DNA of 64,000 nucleotides from assembly GCF_041929205.1 (NCBI RefSeq), contig NZ_JBHFNT010000303.1. One strand, written 5' to 3'. Source of the stretch: Floridaenema evergladense BLCC-F167. Lineage in GTDB: Bacteria; Cyanobacteriota; Cyanobacteriia; Cyanobacteriales; Aerosakkonemataceae. The translations under genes were made by a program, and so were the position numbers. The notes under the pieces were generated by a model that was not told the origin of the DNA, made no database searches, and worked only from the letters and a program-made list of their open reading frames with translations. Positions within the stretch are counted from its first letter, which is position 1; each line of letters opens with the position of its first letter. This document shows, piece by piece, positions 9,277-18,342 of this stretch.

Positions 9277-9292
9277 CCCTCTAATTGGAGGG
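9277..9292. repeat. palindrome CCCTCTAATTGGAGGG (copy 3, one mismatch, stem extended by 1 bp)
   Basis: It starts 9 bp after the stop of the 7169-9268 ORF. Confidence 0.7.
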
Positions 9293-9390
9293 GGTCATTC
9301 TAACTATTTCAATTGACCGAGTATGGTGAAGTCACGAACACCAAGTTCCTTTTAAATTGACATCGAACCTACATAAATCAAGAAACTCTT

Positions 9391-10005
9391 ATGACAGTTT
9401 ACCAAAATTCTTGCCAGAGCCGACGCAAAAAGCTCTTATTCAATCGCTGGTTAACTCAACATCAAATCAACCTTGGCGATTTACTATTTATTGCTATTTG
9501 CATAGCAGTATTAATTTACTTTACCATCCGTCAACCTTTTTTCATCACAACATTAGGTTGCTCTAGCCTTGTATTTCTCAGCTTATGGCATATCGTTAGA
9601 GCGATTCCAATTGTAGAACAATATATCGGTAGCAAAATTCGCTTTTGGCACGTTACCACTGCTATTATTACTGCCACTGCATTATGTTCTGTACTTGATT
9701 CTCCAGCTAATGCCATCTTTCTTTCAGGTTTAGAAGTATTTATGCAACAACTAGCGCAAGGCGCGGCGGCGGCGGGAGGTCAACCGATTTCTACTGAAGT
9801 GATTACGTTGATTTTCAACTTAATTCGAGGCGCTTTTCTTTTGCTAGTAGCTGCTGCTTCATTGTTCGCTTATAACCAAGCACAGCAAGGGAATGATTGG
9901 CGACCAATTGTAACTCAAGTAGCACTGGCTTTTTCCATTGTAATTGCCATTGATGTTGTTACCTTTTTATTCGTTGGTAATGGTACTGGTGTTACTGGAG
10001 GCTAG
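9391..10005 (+). CDS. polytopic membrane protein, possible T4SS pilin (VirB2/TrbC-like) or VirB3-like
   Basis: 204 aa with about 4 hydrophobic helices and a central Ala/Gly-rich stretch. It lies immediately upstream of the VirB4-like ATPase. Confidence 0.3.
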   Translation: MTVYQNSCQSRRKKLLFNRWLTQHQINLGDLLFIAICIAVLIYFTIRQPFFITTLGCSSLVFLSLWHIVRAIPIVEQYIGSKIRFWHVTTAIITATALCSVLDSPANAIFLSGLEVFMQQLAQGAAAAGGQPISTEVITLIFNLIRGAFLLLVAAASLFAYNQAQQGNDWRPIVTQVALAFSIVIAIDVVTFLFVGNGTGVTGG

Positions 10006-10101
10006 AGAAAAGCCACAAGCAAGAAAGAGTGAGCGCGATAAAAAATATTTACTACCTTCAAATTCCTAACTGCTTTCGCTGTTTCACTCTTTATTTCCTT
10101 C

Positions 10102-13100
10102 TTGTTTATCACTTCAGCTTTTCTATTATTTTCAATTATGCTCAAAGACCCAGACAAAGACTTTGTTTCTGTCAATAAAATCTTGGGAAAACAGGCATCT
10201 ATAGGCTTTATTCCCGCCGAACAACTCATTCCCTGGATGGCTATTGCCATCGTTTCATACATTATCACTAACGGCTTTTTTAGCCTGGGAATGCCTTGGT
10301 TTTTCACTACTACTCTTTGGCTAATTGTTAGTTGGTGGTTTCTCACCGGAAAGCAACCTCACTTGTTTGTAGATAAATTTCGATTTCCCCCTGGTACTGA
10401 GTGGTACAACGGCAATCTATCATACCTTCCCCCAGTACCAGAGAAACGACCACCTACCCTTCGTAGTCGCTTTAAAGATTCGCAAGTTCGCATCAAACTT
10501 CAACCTAAAATTGCCCCCAATCAATTAGGAGGCAACAGCCGACTTATGCCATTTCAAAATTATCAAAATCTTCTCTGTCTAGTTACTATCAAAAAAGACA
10601 ACCGCGAAGTTTCTGGCTATTTACTTAACGAAGGCAGCCAGTACCAAGTTGTATTTGGTTTCTCCACTCCAGGATTGCATAATCTCCTCTATCGTCATGA
10701 AGTTAGCAATGCCGCTAGTGCTTTAGAAGAGGGATTAAAAGATATTCCACCAGGAGAGAAGCTGGTATTTCATACAGGTTGCTACAGCAATGACAGTATG
10801 CGACAGCAGCAGCTAAACGAACAGGTTGAAACTTGTCACTTGAAACCAATTTCAGTACTGATTAGGAACGAACAAAAGCGGGTTCAAGAACTAACTCTAA
10901 CTGGTACCAGACAAGTATGGAATCAAACAATTTTCTCTACTTGGACGTTTAATGCTCAATCCGGCTCTCAGTCTAACGACTTTTTGAGCAAAATTATTGA
11001 TGGTATTTTAAATACAGCTAACAGTATTGTTGCTCAGTTTACCGGAAATGAGCGCTTGAACAAAGAACGCTTCTACAAACAATTACTGCTGCAAGCTTTC
11101 GAGCAAGGATACCTGAATTGGGAAATCCTACTTAATACTAAGATTGGGCTAGAAATTCAACCGATGAATGCCGAGCAATTGTGGTCGTGGCTGTGGCAAA
11201 AATTCAACAATACACCAGCACCACCTATTCCACAGTTACTCACTTTGTCAGAAACTACATCCGATTATAAACTAACAGAAACTATCAACAATCACAAACA
11301 CGCTTGCACCATTTTAATTGCAGGTCAAAATGGTCGTTCTAGTTGCCCAGAACATAAACAAGATAAATCGCGCATTTGGCTTAATGGCAAAAATACAGAA
11401 TGTGGCGTATTGACGATGGAAGAAAGTCCTGGTGGTTGGATTAATACTAGAGAACAATTGAAATGGTTGTGGAAAGTGATGAGTTCCACTTACGTTCATG
11501 ATACTGAAGCCGTTGTCGAAATTAGTGCAGCTTCTAACTTTTTTATTCAGGATAACTTAGCTCGTCAAGCCAAACAATCTAAAACTGCTAGAAAACTAGC
11601 TTTAGAAAAAGGGCAAGGTCGAGATGTCGGTGCTGAAGTTAAGCAAGAAGAATCTTTCGATGCTCAAAAGAAAATGTATAAAGGTGCTAAAGCACTACAC
11701 GCGGCAGTTGTTTTCTTAGTCTATCGACCAACACCAGAACAACTCAACCAAGCTTGTCAAATGTTGACCAATAGTTTCGGTTCTGCCAAAGTAATTAGAG
11801 AGCGAAATATTGCTTGGTTAGTATGGTTAGAAACTTTACCCATTACTACAAATTGGCTATTGCATAGTAGTTCCCTAATTAACGAACGTCGTCTTACTTT
11901 TGATACAGAAACAGTTGCAGGTGTCTTACCTTTAACGACTGCTCGAGATATCGATTCAACTGGTGTTGAATTTATTACTAAAGGTGGTAAACCCGTTAGC
12001 ATCGATATCATGCACAATCAAACCAGTCGGGCAATTATTACTGGTGAAAGTGGTAGCGGTAAATCAGTTTTGGGATGGCGGTTTGCTCTTGATGCGTTAG
12101 CTGCTAACATTCCCGTTGTTGGCATGGATATTTCTAGTGGTTCTGGTAGCACTTTTGAAACAGCTCTAGCACTTTTAGGCGATGATGGTGCATACTACGA
12201 TATTACCAAAGGTAGCTCAAATTTACTGGAAATCCCCGACCTGCGACGTTTTGATAAACTAGAACGTTCTCGACGCTTAGACCAGTGGAAAGAGTTTATC
12301 AGAAAAGCATTGACTATTATCAGCATGGGTAAGGTAAATGACCCTAAATTAGCACAACGAGTTGATGCTATCCTGCTGTTAACTTTGAAAAAGTTTCTCG
12401 AAGATTTAGAGATTATCGAACGCTATAATGCGGCTTTTGAAAAAGGTTGGAAATCAAATGAATGGCAAGAGATGCCAACACTCAAAGATTTGCTAAAATT
12501 CTGCACCAAAGAACAATTAAATTTAGCAAATTTTACCGACTTAGACCGCTTTGCTATCAACCAAATTACTACTCAATGTCATGCCTTACTCGCCTCACCT
12601 TTAGGAAAAGCACTAGCTAAACCAAGTACATTTTCTCCCGCACCTGCAATTAAATTTTTCGCGTTAAGTGGTTTGAGTAACGAACAAGACCAATATTTGA
12701 TGGCAATGAATGCTCATGCTGCTTGTATTCGCAATGCTCTTTCCCACCCAAAAAGCTTATTTATTGGAGACGAACTTTCGATTTTGTTGAAAAAAGATGG
12801 CTTTGCTGAAGTAATAGGTGAACTTTGTGCAGTCGGACGGAAAAATGGGATTTCAGTGCTGCTACTTTGCCAAGATATTGATAGCATAAATGATTGCAGT
12901 GCCGGAACGATGATTCTACAAAATATGGTGTACCGCATTACCGGGAGATTAACATCTAATGCAGTTAATTCTTGGGTGCAAAGTTTGGGGTATCCACCAG
13001 AAATCATCGGTCAAAATGCTACCGAAGCGTTCTTTCCCAGAACGGTTGACCTCTGTTCTCATTGGTTAATTGAAAAAGGCGGTCGGTTTTGGCAAACACA

Positions 13101-13338
13101 GTTTTATCCAGGGGAAATGGTGTTAGCAAGTGTGGCTAACAACCAAACAGAATTGATGGCTCGTGCTAGAGTTATGGCTCAATATCCCGATAGCTTGAAA
13201 GGGCGATTGTTAGGACTTAAACACTTTACTGCCGAGTACGTTCAAGCGATTAAAGAAGGACGCTCTCTTGCCAATATTGGCAACGACTCCATTACCGATA
13301 TTCAGCAGCAACAATATTCTATTCGCATAGCTAGTTGA
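10102..13338 (+). CDS. T4SS ATPase VirB4/TrbE/TraC-like (with N-terminal VirB3-like TM segment)
   Basis: 1078 aa. N-terminal TM helices are followed by a large NTPase domain. Walker A is ITGESGSGKSVLG (nt ~12043-12066) and Walker B-like is LFIGDELSILL. RKNGISVLLLCQDIDSI resembles the VirB4 RK...TQ..D motif. Confidence 0.65.
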   Translation: MFITSAFLLFSIMLKDPDKDFVSVNKILGKQASIGFIPAEQLIPWMAIAIVSYIITNGFFSLGMPWFFTTTLWLIVSWWFLTGKQPHLFVDKFRFPPGTEWYNGNLSYLPPVPEKRPPTLRSRFKDSQVRIKLQPKIAPNQLGGNSRLMPFQNYQNLLCLVTIKKDNREVSGYLLNEGSQYQVVFGFSTPGLHNLLYRHEVSNAASALEEGLKDIPPGEKLVFHTGCYSNDSMRQQQLNEQVETCHLKPISVLIRNEQKRVQELTLTGTRQVWNQTIFSTWTFNAQSGSQSNDFLSKIIDGILNTANSIVAQFTGNERLNKERFYKQLLLQAFEQGYLNWEILLNTKIGLEIQPMNAEQLWSWLWQKFNNTPAPPIPQLLTLSETTSDYKLTETINNHKHACTILIAGQNGRSSCPEHKQDKSRIWLNGKNTECGVLTMEESPGGWINTREQLKWLWKVMSSTYVHDTEAVVEISAASNFFIQDNLARQAKQSKTARKLALEKGQGRDVGAEVKQEESFDAQKKMYKGAKALHAAVVFLVYRPTPEQLNQACQMLTNSFGSAKVIRERNIAWLVWLETLPITTNWLLHSSSLINERRLTFDTETVAGVLPLTTARDIDSTGVEFITKGGKPVSIDIMHNQTSRAIITGESGSGKSVLGWRFALDALAANIPVVGMDISSGSGSTFETALALLGDDGAYYDITKGSSNLLEIPDLRRFDKLERSRRLDQWKEFIRKALTIISMGKVNDPKLAQRVDAILLLTLKKFLEDLEIIERYNAAFEKGWKSNEWQEMPTLKDLLKFCTKEQLNLANFTDLDRFAINQITTQCHALLASPLGKALAKPSTFSPAPAIKFFALSGLSNEQDQYLMAMNAHAACIRNALSHPKSLFIGDELSILLKKDGFAEVIGELCAVGRKNGISVLLLCQDIDSINDCSAGTMILQNMVYRITGRLTSNAVNSWVQSLGYPPEIIGQNATEAFFPRTVDLCSHWLIEKGGRFWQTQFYPGEMVLASVANNQTELMARARVMAQYPDSLKGRLLGLKHFTAEYVQAIKEGRSLANIGNDSITDIQQQQYSIRIAS

Positions 13339-13362
13339 TAGCTAATTTCAGGAGAATAAACC

Positions 13363-14217
13363 ATGAGTAACAGACTACTTTTGATGAAACTTGCTCTCAC
13401 CATTCCCGCAATGTTACTGCCATTAATTTTAAGTCCGGTTGAGGCACAGGCTGCTAGTTCAGATAATTCTTACACCACGACTACTACTGTTAATAATCCT
13501 GCTCCTTCTAACTTCACAGTTCCTACTTCGCAAACTCAACAAATCGAGCAACAAATGCAATCGTCTGCTGCCGAATTTTTCGGTCAAAGCAATAATCCAA
13601 TTCAGCAAATATCGGGTGCTTTTACCAAAATTACGACACAACTTGACCAAATGCTACAATCATTCGTTGGTTCTCTGAAAATTCCTGATTTGCCAGAAGT
13701 TATAGCTAAGATAATGAGCGGTAACTTCGCCGATAATCAAAGTACTAGACTGTCTGCTACTTTAGAGAAAAAACCTCAAGGTTCTTACAGCATTCAATCA
13801 GATTTAGCTAATCTTGTCCAACAGCAAACAGCAATTTCAACTGCTGCTAATGCCACTCTTAGTAAAGCTGCTCAGGATAGGCAAGCTCAAATGGCACAAA
13901 TAGTTGACCAAAATGTTGCCCAAAATATTCAATTGGGCGAAGAATCGCAAAACCAAGATGTCACGCAACACATCATGCGTAACATTTCTCAACAAACGGC
14001 GCTAGCAGCACAGAATCAAGGTGCGATTGTCCTTCAGAATCAACAAGCACAGATCGATCGCGCCCTCGCCAATACTTTAAGTGCCCAACAAGCTAAAGAA
14101 CTCAGCGAACTCAATGTCACCCAGCGAAGACAAGATGCTGCGGCTGGTACTGCTTCTTCTACGCAAGCTGGACTGTTTCAAATGCCTGGTGGGATTACGT
14201 TAGGAAAAAAAGATTAG
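13363..14217 (+). CDS. secreted Q-rich helical protein, possible VirB5/TrbJ-like
   Basis: Signal peptide MSNRLLLMKLALTIPAMLLPLILSPVEAQA, with Q-rich helical body. It sits between the VirB4 and VirB6 candidates. Confidence 0.35.
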   Translation: MSNRLLLMKLALTIPAMLLPLILSPVEAQAASSDNSYTTTTTVNNPAPSNFTVPTSQTQQIEQQMQSSAAEFFGQSNNPIQQISGAFTKITTQLDQMLQSFVGSLKIPDLPEVIAKIMSGNFADNQSTRLSATLEKKPQGSYSIQSDLANLVQQQTAISTAANATLSKAAQDRQAQMAQIVDQNVAQNIQLGEESQNQDVTQHIMRNISQQTALAAQNQGAIVLQNQQAQIDRALANTLSAQQAKELSELNVTQRRQDAAAGTASSTQAGLFQMPGGITLGKKD

Positions 14218-14259
14218 GTTATTCAAAAATTCAAGTCAAAGTTAGTTAGCACTCAGAAA

Positions 14260-15345
14260 ATGTTGGTAATATTCATTGCTGAAACTAGCACAAGCGGACA
14301 AGCATTAGATACTCTTTCTCATGCCATAGAAGTTTCGCAAAAAACTGTCGAATCTTGGAATTTAGTTTGGTTTAATACTTTCAATACTCAAGAATCTGCT
14401 TTGTGGATTGCCTTAGTCAAACTGGGGTTAATTTTAGCTGGTATGTCTGTGATTTACCTAGCTGTTACCAGCGGCAAGGAGATTATCGAAAAACAATCTT
14501 GGTCGGAATTAATTGCCATGATAATTTGGCCGATTGTTATTGTATTTTTCTTGAGTAACAATGGCAACCTTTTAGCCCAAAGTGTTAAACTCATTCACGG
14601 GATTGGGGCAGTACAAGTTCAACAAATCTTAGAAATTCAATTAGGAGAAATGACATTTAGAAGTGCGCTTACCGATGTCAACCTCACTAGTGCTGCCAAA
14701 GAAGAAATTGAAAAACTTTATAGCGAATGTCAGGGTAAAGTAGGTGAGGCTTTAGTTGCGTGTTGGAATGATAAAAAAGAAACTGCTCGAGCTATTCTCA
14801 ACGAAGCCGAACAAAAAAATGGTAGTCCTCTCAAAAGTTTGCAACGATTCGTCGAAAACTTAGCCAATGTTACTAATGTCGCTGATATCGCTAGTGGTGA
14901 TTTTGCCGGACAAGTGTTTCGTTCTACTGTTTTACCAATTATTCGATTAATTTTACGAGCAGTTCAGTGGGCATTTGTCAATATCTTAGAAGCTGCATTA
15001 TTGTTAACAGCATTGTTCGCTCCAGCAGCAATGGGATTATCATTGTTGCCATTGCAAGGGAAACCAATATGGGCTTGGTTAGCTGGATTTCTGTCTTTGT
15101 TTGGCATCCAACTTGGCTACAACATTGTTGTGGGATTAGTAGCTGTAGTTATTGTTAATTCAGATGCCGAACTAATCACTGATATTGCTTTCCTGTTCTT
15201 TTTAGCTGTGTTTGCTCCCGTTTTAGCTGTTTTGATTGCCAGAGGCGGTGGTACTGCCTTGTACAATGCACTTGCTAATAATACCAAACAGCTTACCGAT
15301 ATTTTCAGCAATGCTATTGGTGTATTTGCTGGCAAGCTAATTTAA
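14260..15345 (+). CDS. polytopic inner-membrane protein, possible VirB6/TrbL-like
   Basis: 361 aa with 6 or more hydrophobic helices. Its position after the VirB5-like gene matches VirB operon order. Confidence 0.35.
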   Translation: MLVIFIAETSTSGQALDTLSHAIEVSQKTVESWNLVWFNTFNTQESALWIALVKLGLILAGMSVIYLAVTSGKEIIEKQSWSELIAMIIWPIVIVFFLSNNGNLLAQSVKLIHGIGAVQVQQILEIQLGEMTFRSALTDVNLTSAAKEEIEKLYSECQGKVGEALVACWNDKKETARAILNEAEQKNGSPLKSLQRFVENLANVTNVADIASGDFAGQVFRSTVLPIIRLILRAVQWAFVNILEAALLLTALFAPAAMGLSLLPLQGKPIWAWLAGFLSLFGIQLGYNIVVGLVAVVIVNSDAELITDIAFLFFLAVFAPVLAVLIARGGGTALYNALANNTKQLTDIFSNAIGVFAGKLI

Positions 15346-15374
15346 AACTACTTTAGTTCGCTGCATTTCTAGTT

Positions 15375-16088
15375 ATGACTTTTAAATCATTACCATCTCA
15401 ACCCTTACTACCGGAATCAAAAAACACTTTAGCTTGGTGCTTTGTGTTGTTGACAGGTATGGTGAGCATTTTGACTGTTGCCGTTGTATTTAATAGTTTC
15501 AATCTCAATTCATTGGCTCGAAAAAAAGTGACATTCGTGCAATTAAAAGATGGCACAACAGCCAGAGTTATGGAAGCAGATAGCTCCTATCGAGAACCCA
15601 AAACTATTAAAACTTTTGTCTCAAATTGGATTAATCTTACCTGGAGTTGGGATGGAAAAATCCCCGGTACAAATGAACCTGACCCTGGCATCAAAATCAG
15701 AAAAAGTAGCAAAGTTCCTACTAGTGCATGGATGGCTTCTTTGATGATGGAATCAGAATTTGGAGAAGCTTCTTTGGTAGAACTTGCCAAACTCATACCT
15801 AACGGAGTTTTTGAAGGTAGAACTCGTTCTACAGCTTACGTTTCTTACCTTTCCGAACCAAGAGAAATCAAACCAGGGGTTTGGGAAATCGATTTAATTG
15901 CCACCCGTGTCCTTCTCGAACCAGGTATTGGTGAGAGCCGACAACCATTTAATCGCACTATCACTATCAAAACCACTGAAATTCCCGTTTCTCCTTTAGG
16001 TGAAAACGCCAACCTAGTGGAAAAAACCGTAAATTCCATGCGTTCTGCTGGGTTAGAAATTACCAAAATTGTTGAATTTAAACCTTAA
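15375..16088 (+). CDS. bitopic membrane protein, possible VirB8-like
   Basis: 237 aa. One N-terminal TM (LAWCFVLLTGMVSILTVAVVF) is followed by a soluble ~190-aa domain. Size and topology match VirB8/TrbF. Confidence 0.4.
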   Translation: MTFKSLPSQPLLPESKNTLAWCFVLLTGMVSILTVAVVFNSFNLNSLARKKVTFVQLKDGTTARVMEADSSYREPKTIKTFVSNWINLTWSWDGKIPGTNEPDPGIKIRKSSKVPTSAWMASLMMESEFGEASLVELAKLIPNGVFEGRTRSTAYVSYLSEPREIKPGVWEIDLIATRVLLEPGIGESRQPFNRTITIKTTEIPVSPLGENANLVEKTVNSMRSAGLEITKIVEFKP

Positions 16089-16100
16089 AAGAGGTGAATA

Positions 16101-17639
16101 ATGAATCGACAAGTTAGTTCCACTCCTGCTTCTGAGTTGTCCGAGGATATCGACTTCAATGACTTTGCTGATTTCAATCCTCATTTGCCACTGTCATTAG
16201 AAGCTCAATATCAACTTACACAAGATGAGGAAAAACCCCAACCTCCTCCTGTTGCTCAACGAGGTATCCCTCGAATGGTAGCAATGCTTTTATTAACAGG
16301 GGGAGTGATTATAGTGGGATTGTCAATTTGGCAGTTTGTTAAACCGAAATCAGATACCAAACCACCCGTTCCAACAACAGCCCAAAAAACTAAGGAACCC
16401 CTGCTAAAAGATGAAAAGCCTGAACTGCTGGCGAGATTGGCTTACGTTGACCAACAAAAACTAATCGCCCAAACTCCTAAAAGTAACGAGCCAACCCAGA
16501 GAGAACCAAAACCATCACCTACACCAAAAGCAACGCCTAAACCAACTCCTCATCGGGTAGTTGAACGACCTCCTGCTCCCCGTATAGTGGCGACTCGTCC
16601 TCCAGTACGTCCCACAGCACCTCCCCCGACTCCTAGAACCATAGTCCGAACTGTTACAGTTCCTGCACCTGCACCTAAACCTGCACCTACACTTACTTCA
16701 ACTCCTGAAAAGCTCAATCCGTTCGAGCGGTGGAATCAGTTAGCTCAACTAGGTCAAACCAGGGGGAACGTTGAAGTTGAAACAGAGAAGTCCCCAGTTA
16801 CTCAGAACTTGCCCATCCCAACTAAAGATAATTCTGCTAATCAGGACAGCAAACTGCTTACAGTTAATATTGGTAAGGAGCAACCACCAGAAACACCATT
16901 GGCATCCCGTCAGCTTTCCTCCGGTACTATCGGTATTCTCAACCGCACGCCTCAACCTCTAACAACTTCAAACACTTTACAGATTGCACTCGGAACCATT
17001 ACTAAAGGTACTGTATCAGTTCCCTTACTTTGGGACACTGGTAGTGGCGAACAGCTTTATAACCGATTTGCCATTACCTTAACCGAAGATGTTTTAGCCA
17101 CTAATGGTTCGGTTGCCTTGAACAAAGGAACTGTGATTATTGCTCAAGCCAATCATGTCGGTAAAAAGAATCTCATGGTACAAGCCAGCGCCATTGCCAT
17201 TGTCTACACCGACGAATCGGGAAAAGTTAAGCAGCAAGAAATACCCTCCGGTGCAATTTTGATTGCAGGTGAAGATGGTACGCCGTTGATTGCCAAAGGT
17301 CATCTCGATTCTGGTGATGATATTGCCAAGCAGGATTTGTTTGTCGGACTGCTTTCCGGGATTGGACGAGTTGGAGAAGTGTTTACACAACCGAGAACTA
17401 CAAGTAGCACTAGCATCAACAGTGGTGGTTTTAACAGAGACACCATCACTGTAGAAAACCGGGAACCACAAATTTGGTCGGCTGTCCTCGATGGCTTTTT
17501 CAGTCCTTTAGCGAAACGACTGGAAAGACGCTCGCAGCGAGCAGTTGAAGAACTCTTAAGCCGTCCCAATATTGCTATGGTTCCCAAAGGTACTAAAGTT
17601 TCCGTTACAGTCAATAGTTTCCTCACCATTAGCCGATAA
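16101..17639 (+). CDS. VirB10/TrbI-like T4SS protein
   Basis: 512 aa. The layout is cytoplasmic N-terminus, single TM (MVAMLLLTGGVIIVGLSIW), a long proline-rich linker (PTPKATPKPTPHRVVERPPAPRIVATRPPVRPTAPPPTPR...), then a C-terminal beta-rich domain. This is the canonical VirB10 architecture. Confidence 0.5.
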   Translation: MNRQVSSTPASELSEDIDFNDFADFNPHLPLSLEAQYQLTQDEEKPQPPPVAQRGIPRMVAMLLLTGGVIIVGLSIWQFVKPKSDTKPPVPTTAQKTKEPLLKDEKPELLARLAYVDQQKLIAQTPKSNEPTQREPKPSPTPKATPKPTPHRVVERPPAPRIVATRPPVRPTAPPPTPRTIVRTVTVPAPAPKPAPTLTSTPEKLNPFERWNQLAQLGQTRGNVEVETEKSPVTQNLPIPTKDNSANQDSKLLTVNIGKEQPPETPLASRQLSSGTIGILNRTPQPLTTSNTLQIALGTITKGTVSVPLLWDTGSGEQLYNRFAITLTEDVLATNGSVALNKGTVIIAQANHVGKKNLMVQASAIAIVYTDESGKVKQQEIPSGAILIAGEDGTPLIAKGHLDSGDDIAKQDLFVGLLSGIGRVGEVFTQPRTTSSTSINSGGFNRDTITVENREPQIWSAVLDGFFSPLAKRLERRSQRAVEELLSRPNIAMVPKGTKVSVTVNSFLTISR

Positions 17640-17644
17640 CCGTT

Positions 17645-18334
17645 ATGAAAACTCTGAGTTGCTCTTTGGTTACAGCAGCGCTCGCTGCTGTTTTTTGCCC
17701 AATTTCGACAATCGCTCAATCGGTAGTCAGTGGCTATCAAATTGTGGGTCGAGATATTGCTATCAATCGTGCTCTTGATGTTAAAGTTTATCCGGGACGG
17801 GCGAGTGTGATTGACTTTAGCCAAACGGATGAGGTGATTGGCTATGTGTTGATTGCTGACCCCTCTCGTCTGGTGTTCGGTACAGATACAGAATTATCAG
17901 GCGGTCGTGCTAAAACTGTATTCTTGCGCTCAATTCTACCATTGCGCTTTCCTGGTGCTACTACCACTAACATCACCAGCCTTTCCATCAAAACAATGGA
18001 TTCTCAACACAGACAACGACTTTATACTTTTAACGTAACACTCGCTAATAATCGACCAGAGCAATTAGGAATTCAGATTGCTACAGTTCCCTCTGGAAAT
18101 AGGCAATCTTTAGGTATTAGTGCTGGTCAAACTATTACCGCATCAGATGTAGAAAGAGGCTTGAAAATTGCTATCCAAAGAAGGTACACCACAGCTAACG
18201 ACCCAGTTGTTTATCAGGTGCGACAGTTTTTAGACAAATTGAAAAATCGCAATCTCTCACCAACCGATGCGGCAATAGAGGTAGGAATAGATTTTTCAGT
18301 ACTTATTGAACTTGTCAAGATTGCTCGAGAATAA
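17645..18334 (+). CDS. secreted protein, possible VirB9/TrbG-like
   Basis: Signal peptide MKTLSCSLVTAALAAVFCPISTIAQS with beta-rich body. Assigned only by position in the T4SS block. Confidence 0.25.
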   Translation: MKTLSCSLVTAALAAVFCPISTIAQSVVSGYQIVGRDIAINRALDVKVYPGRASVIDFSQTDEVIGYVLIADPSRLVFGTDTELSGGRAKTVFLRSILPLRFPGATTTNITSLSIKTMDSQHRQRLYTFNVTLANNRPEQLGIQIATVPSGNRQSLGISAGQTITASDVERGLKIAIQRRYTTANDPVVYQVRQFLDKLKNRNLSPTDAAIEVGIDFSVLIELVKIARE

Positions 18335-18342
18335 GGGTTTTC

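Noticed and set aside
9357-9566. Alternative start/ORF 9357-9566 overlapping the 9391-10005 membrane protein.
   Set aside because: It is in a different frame from the longer hydrophobic ORF. The longer ORF was preferred.
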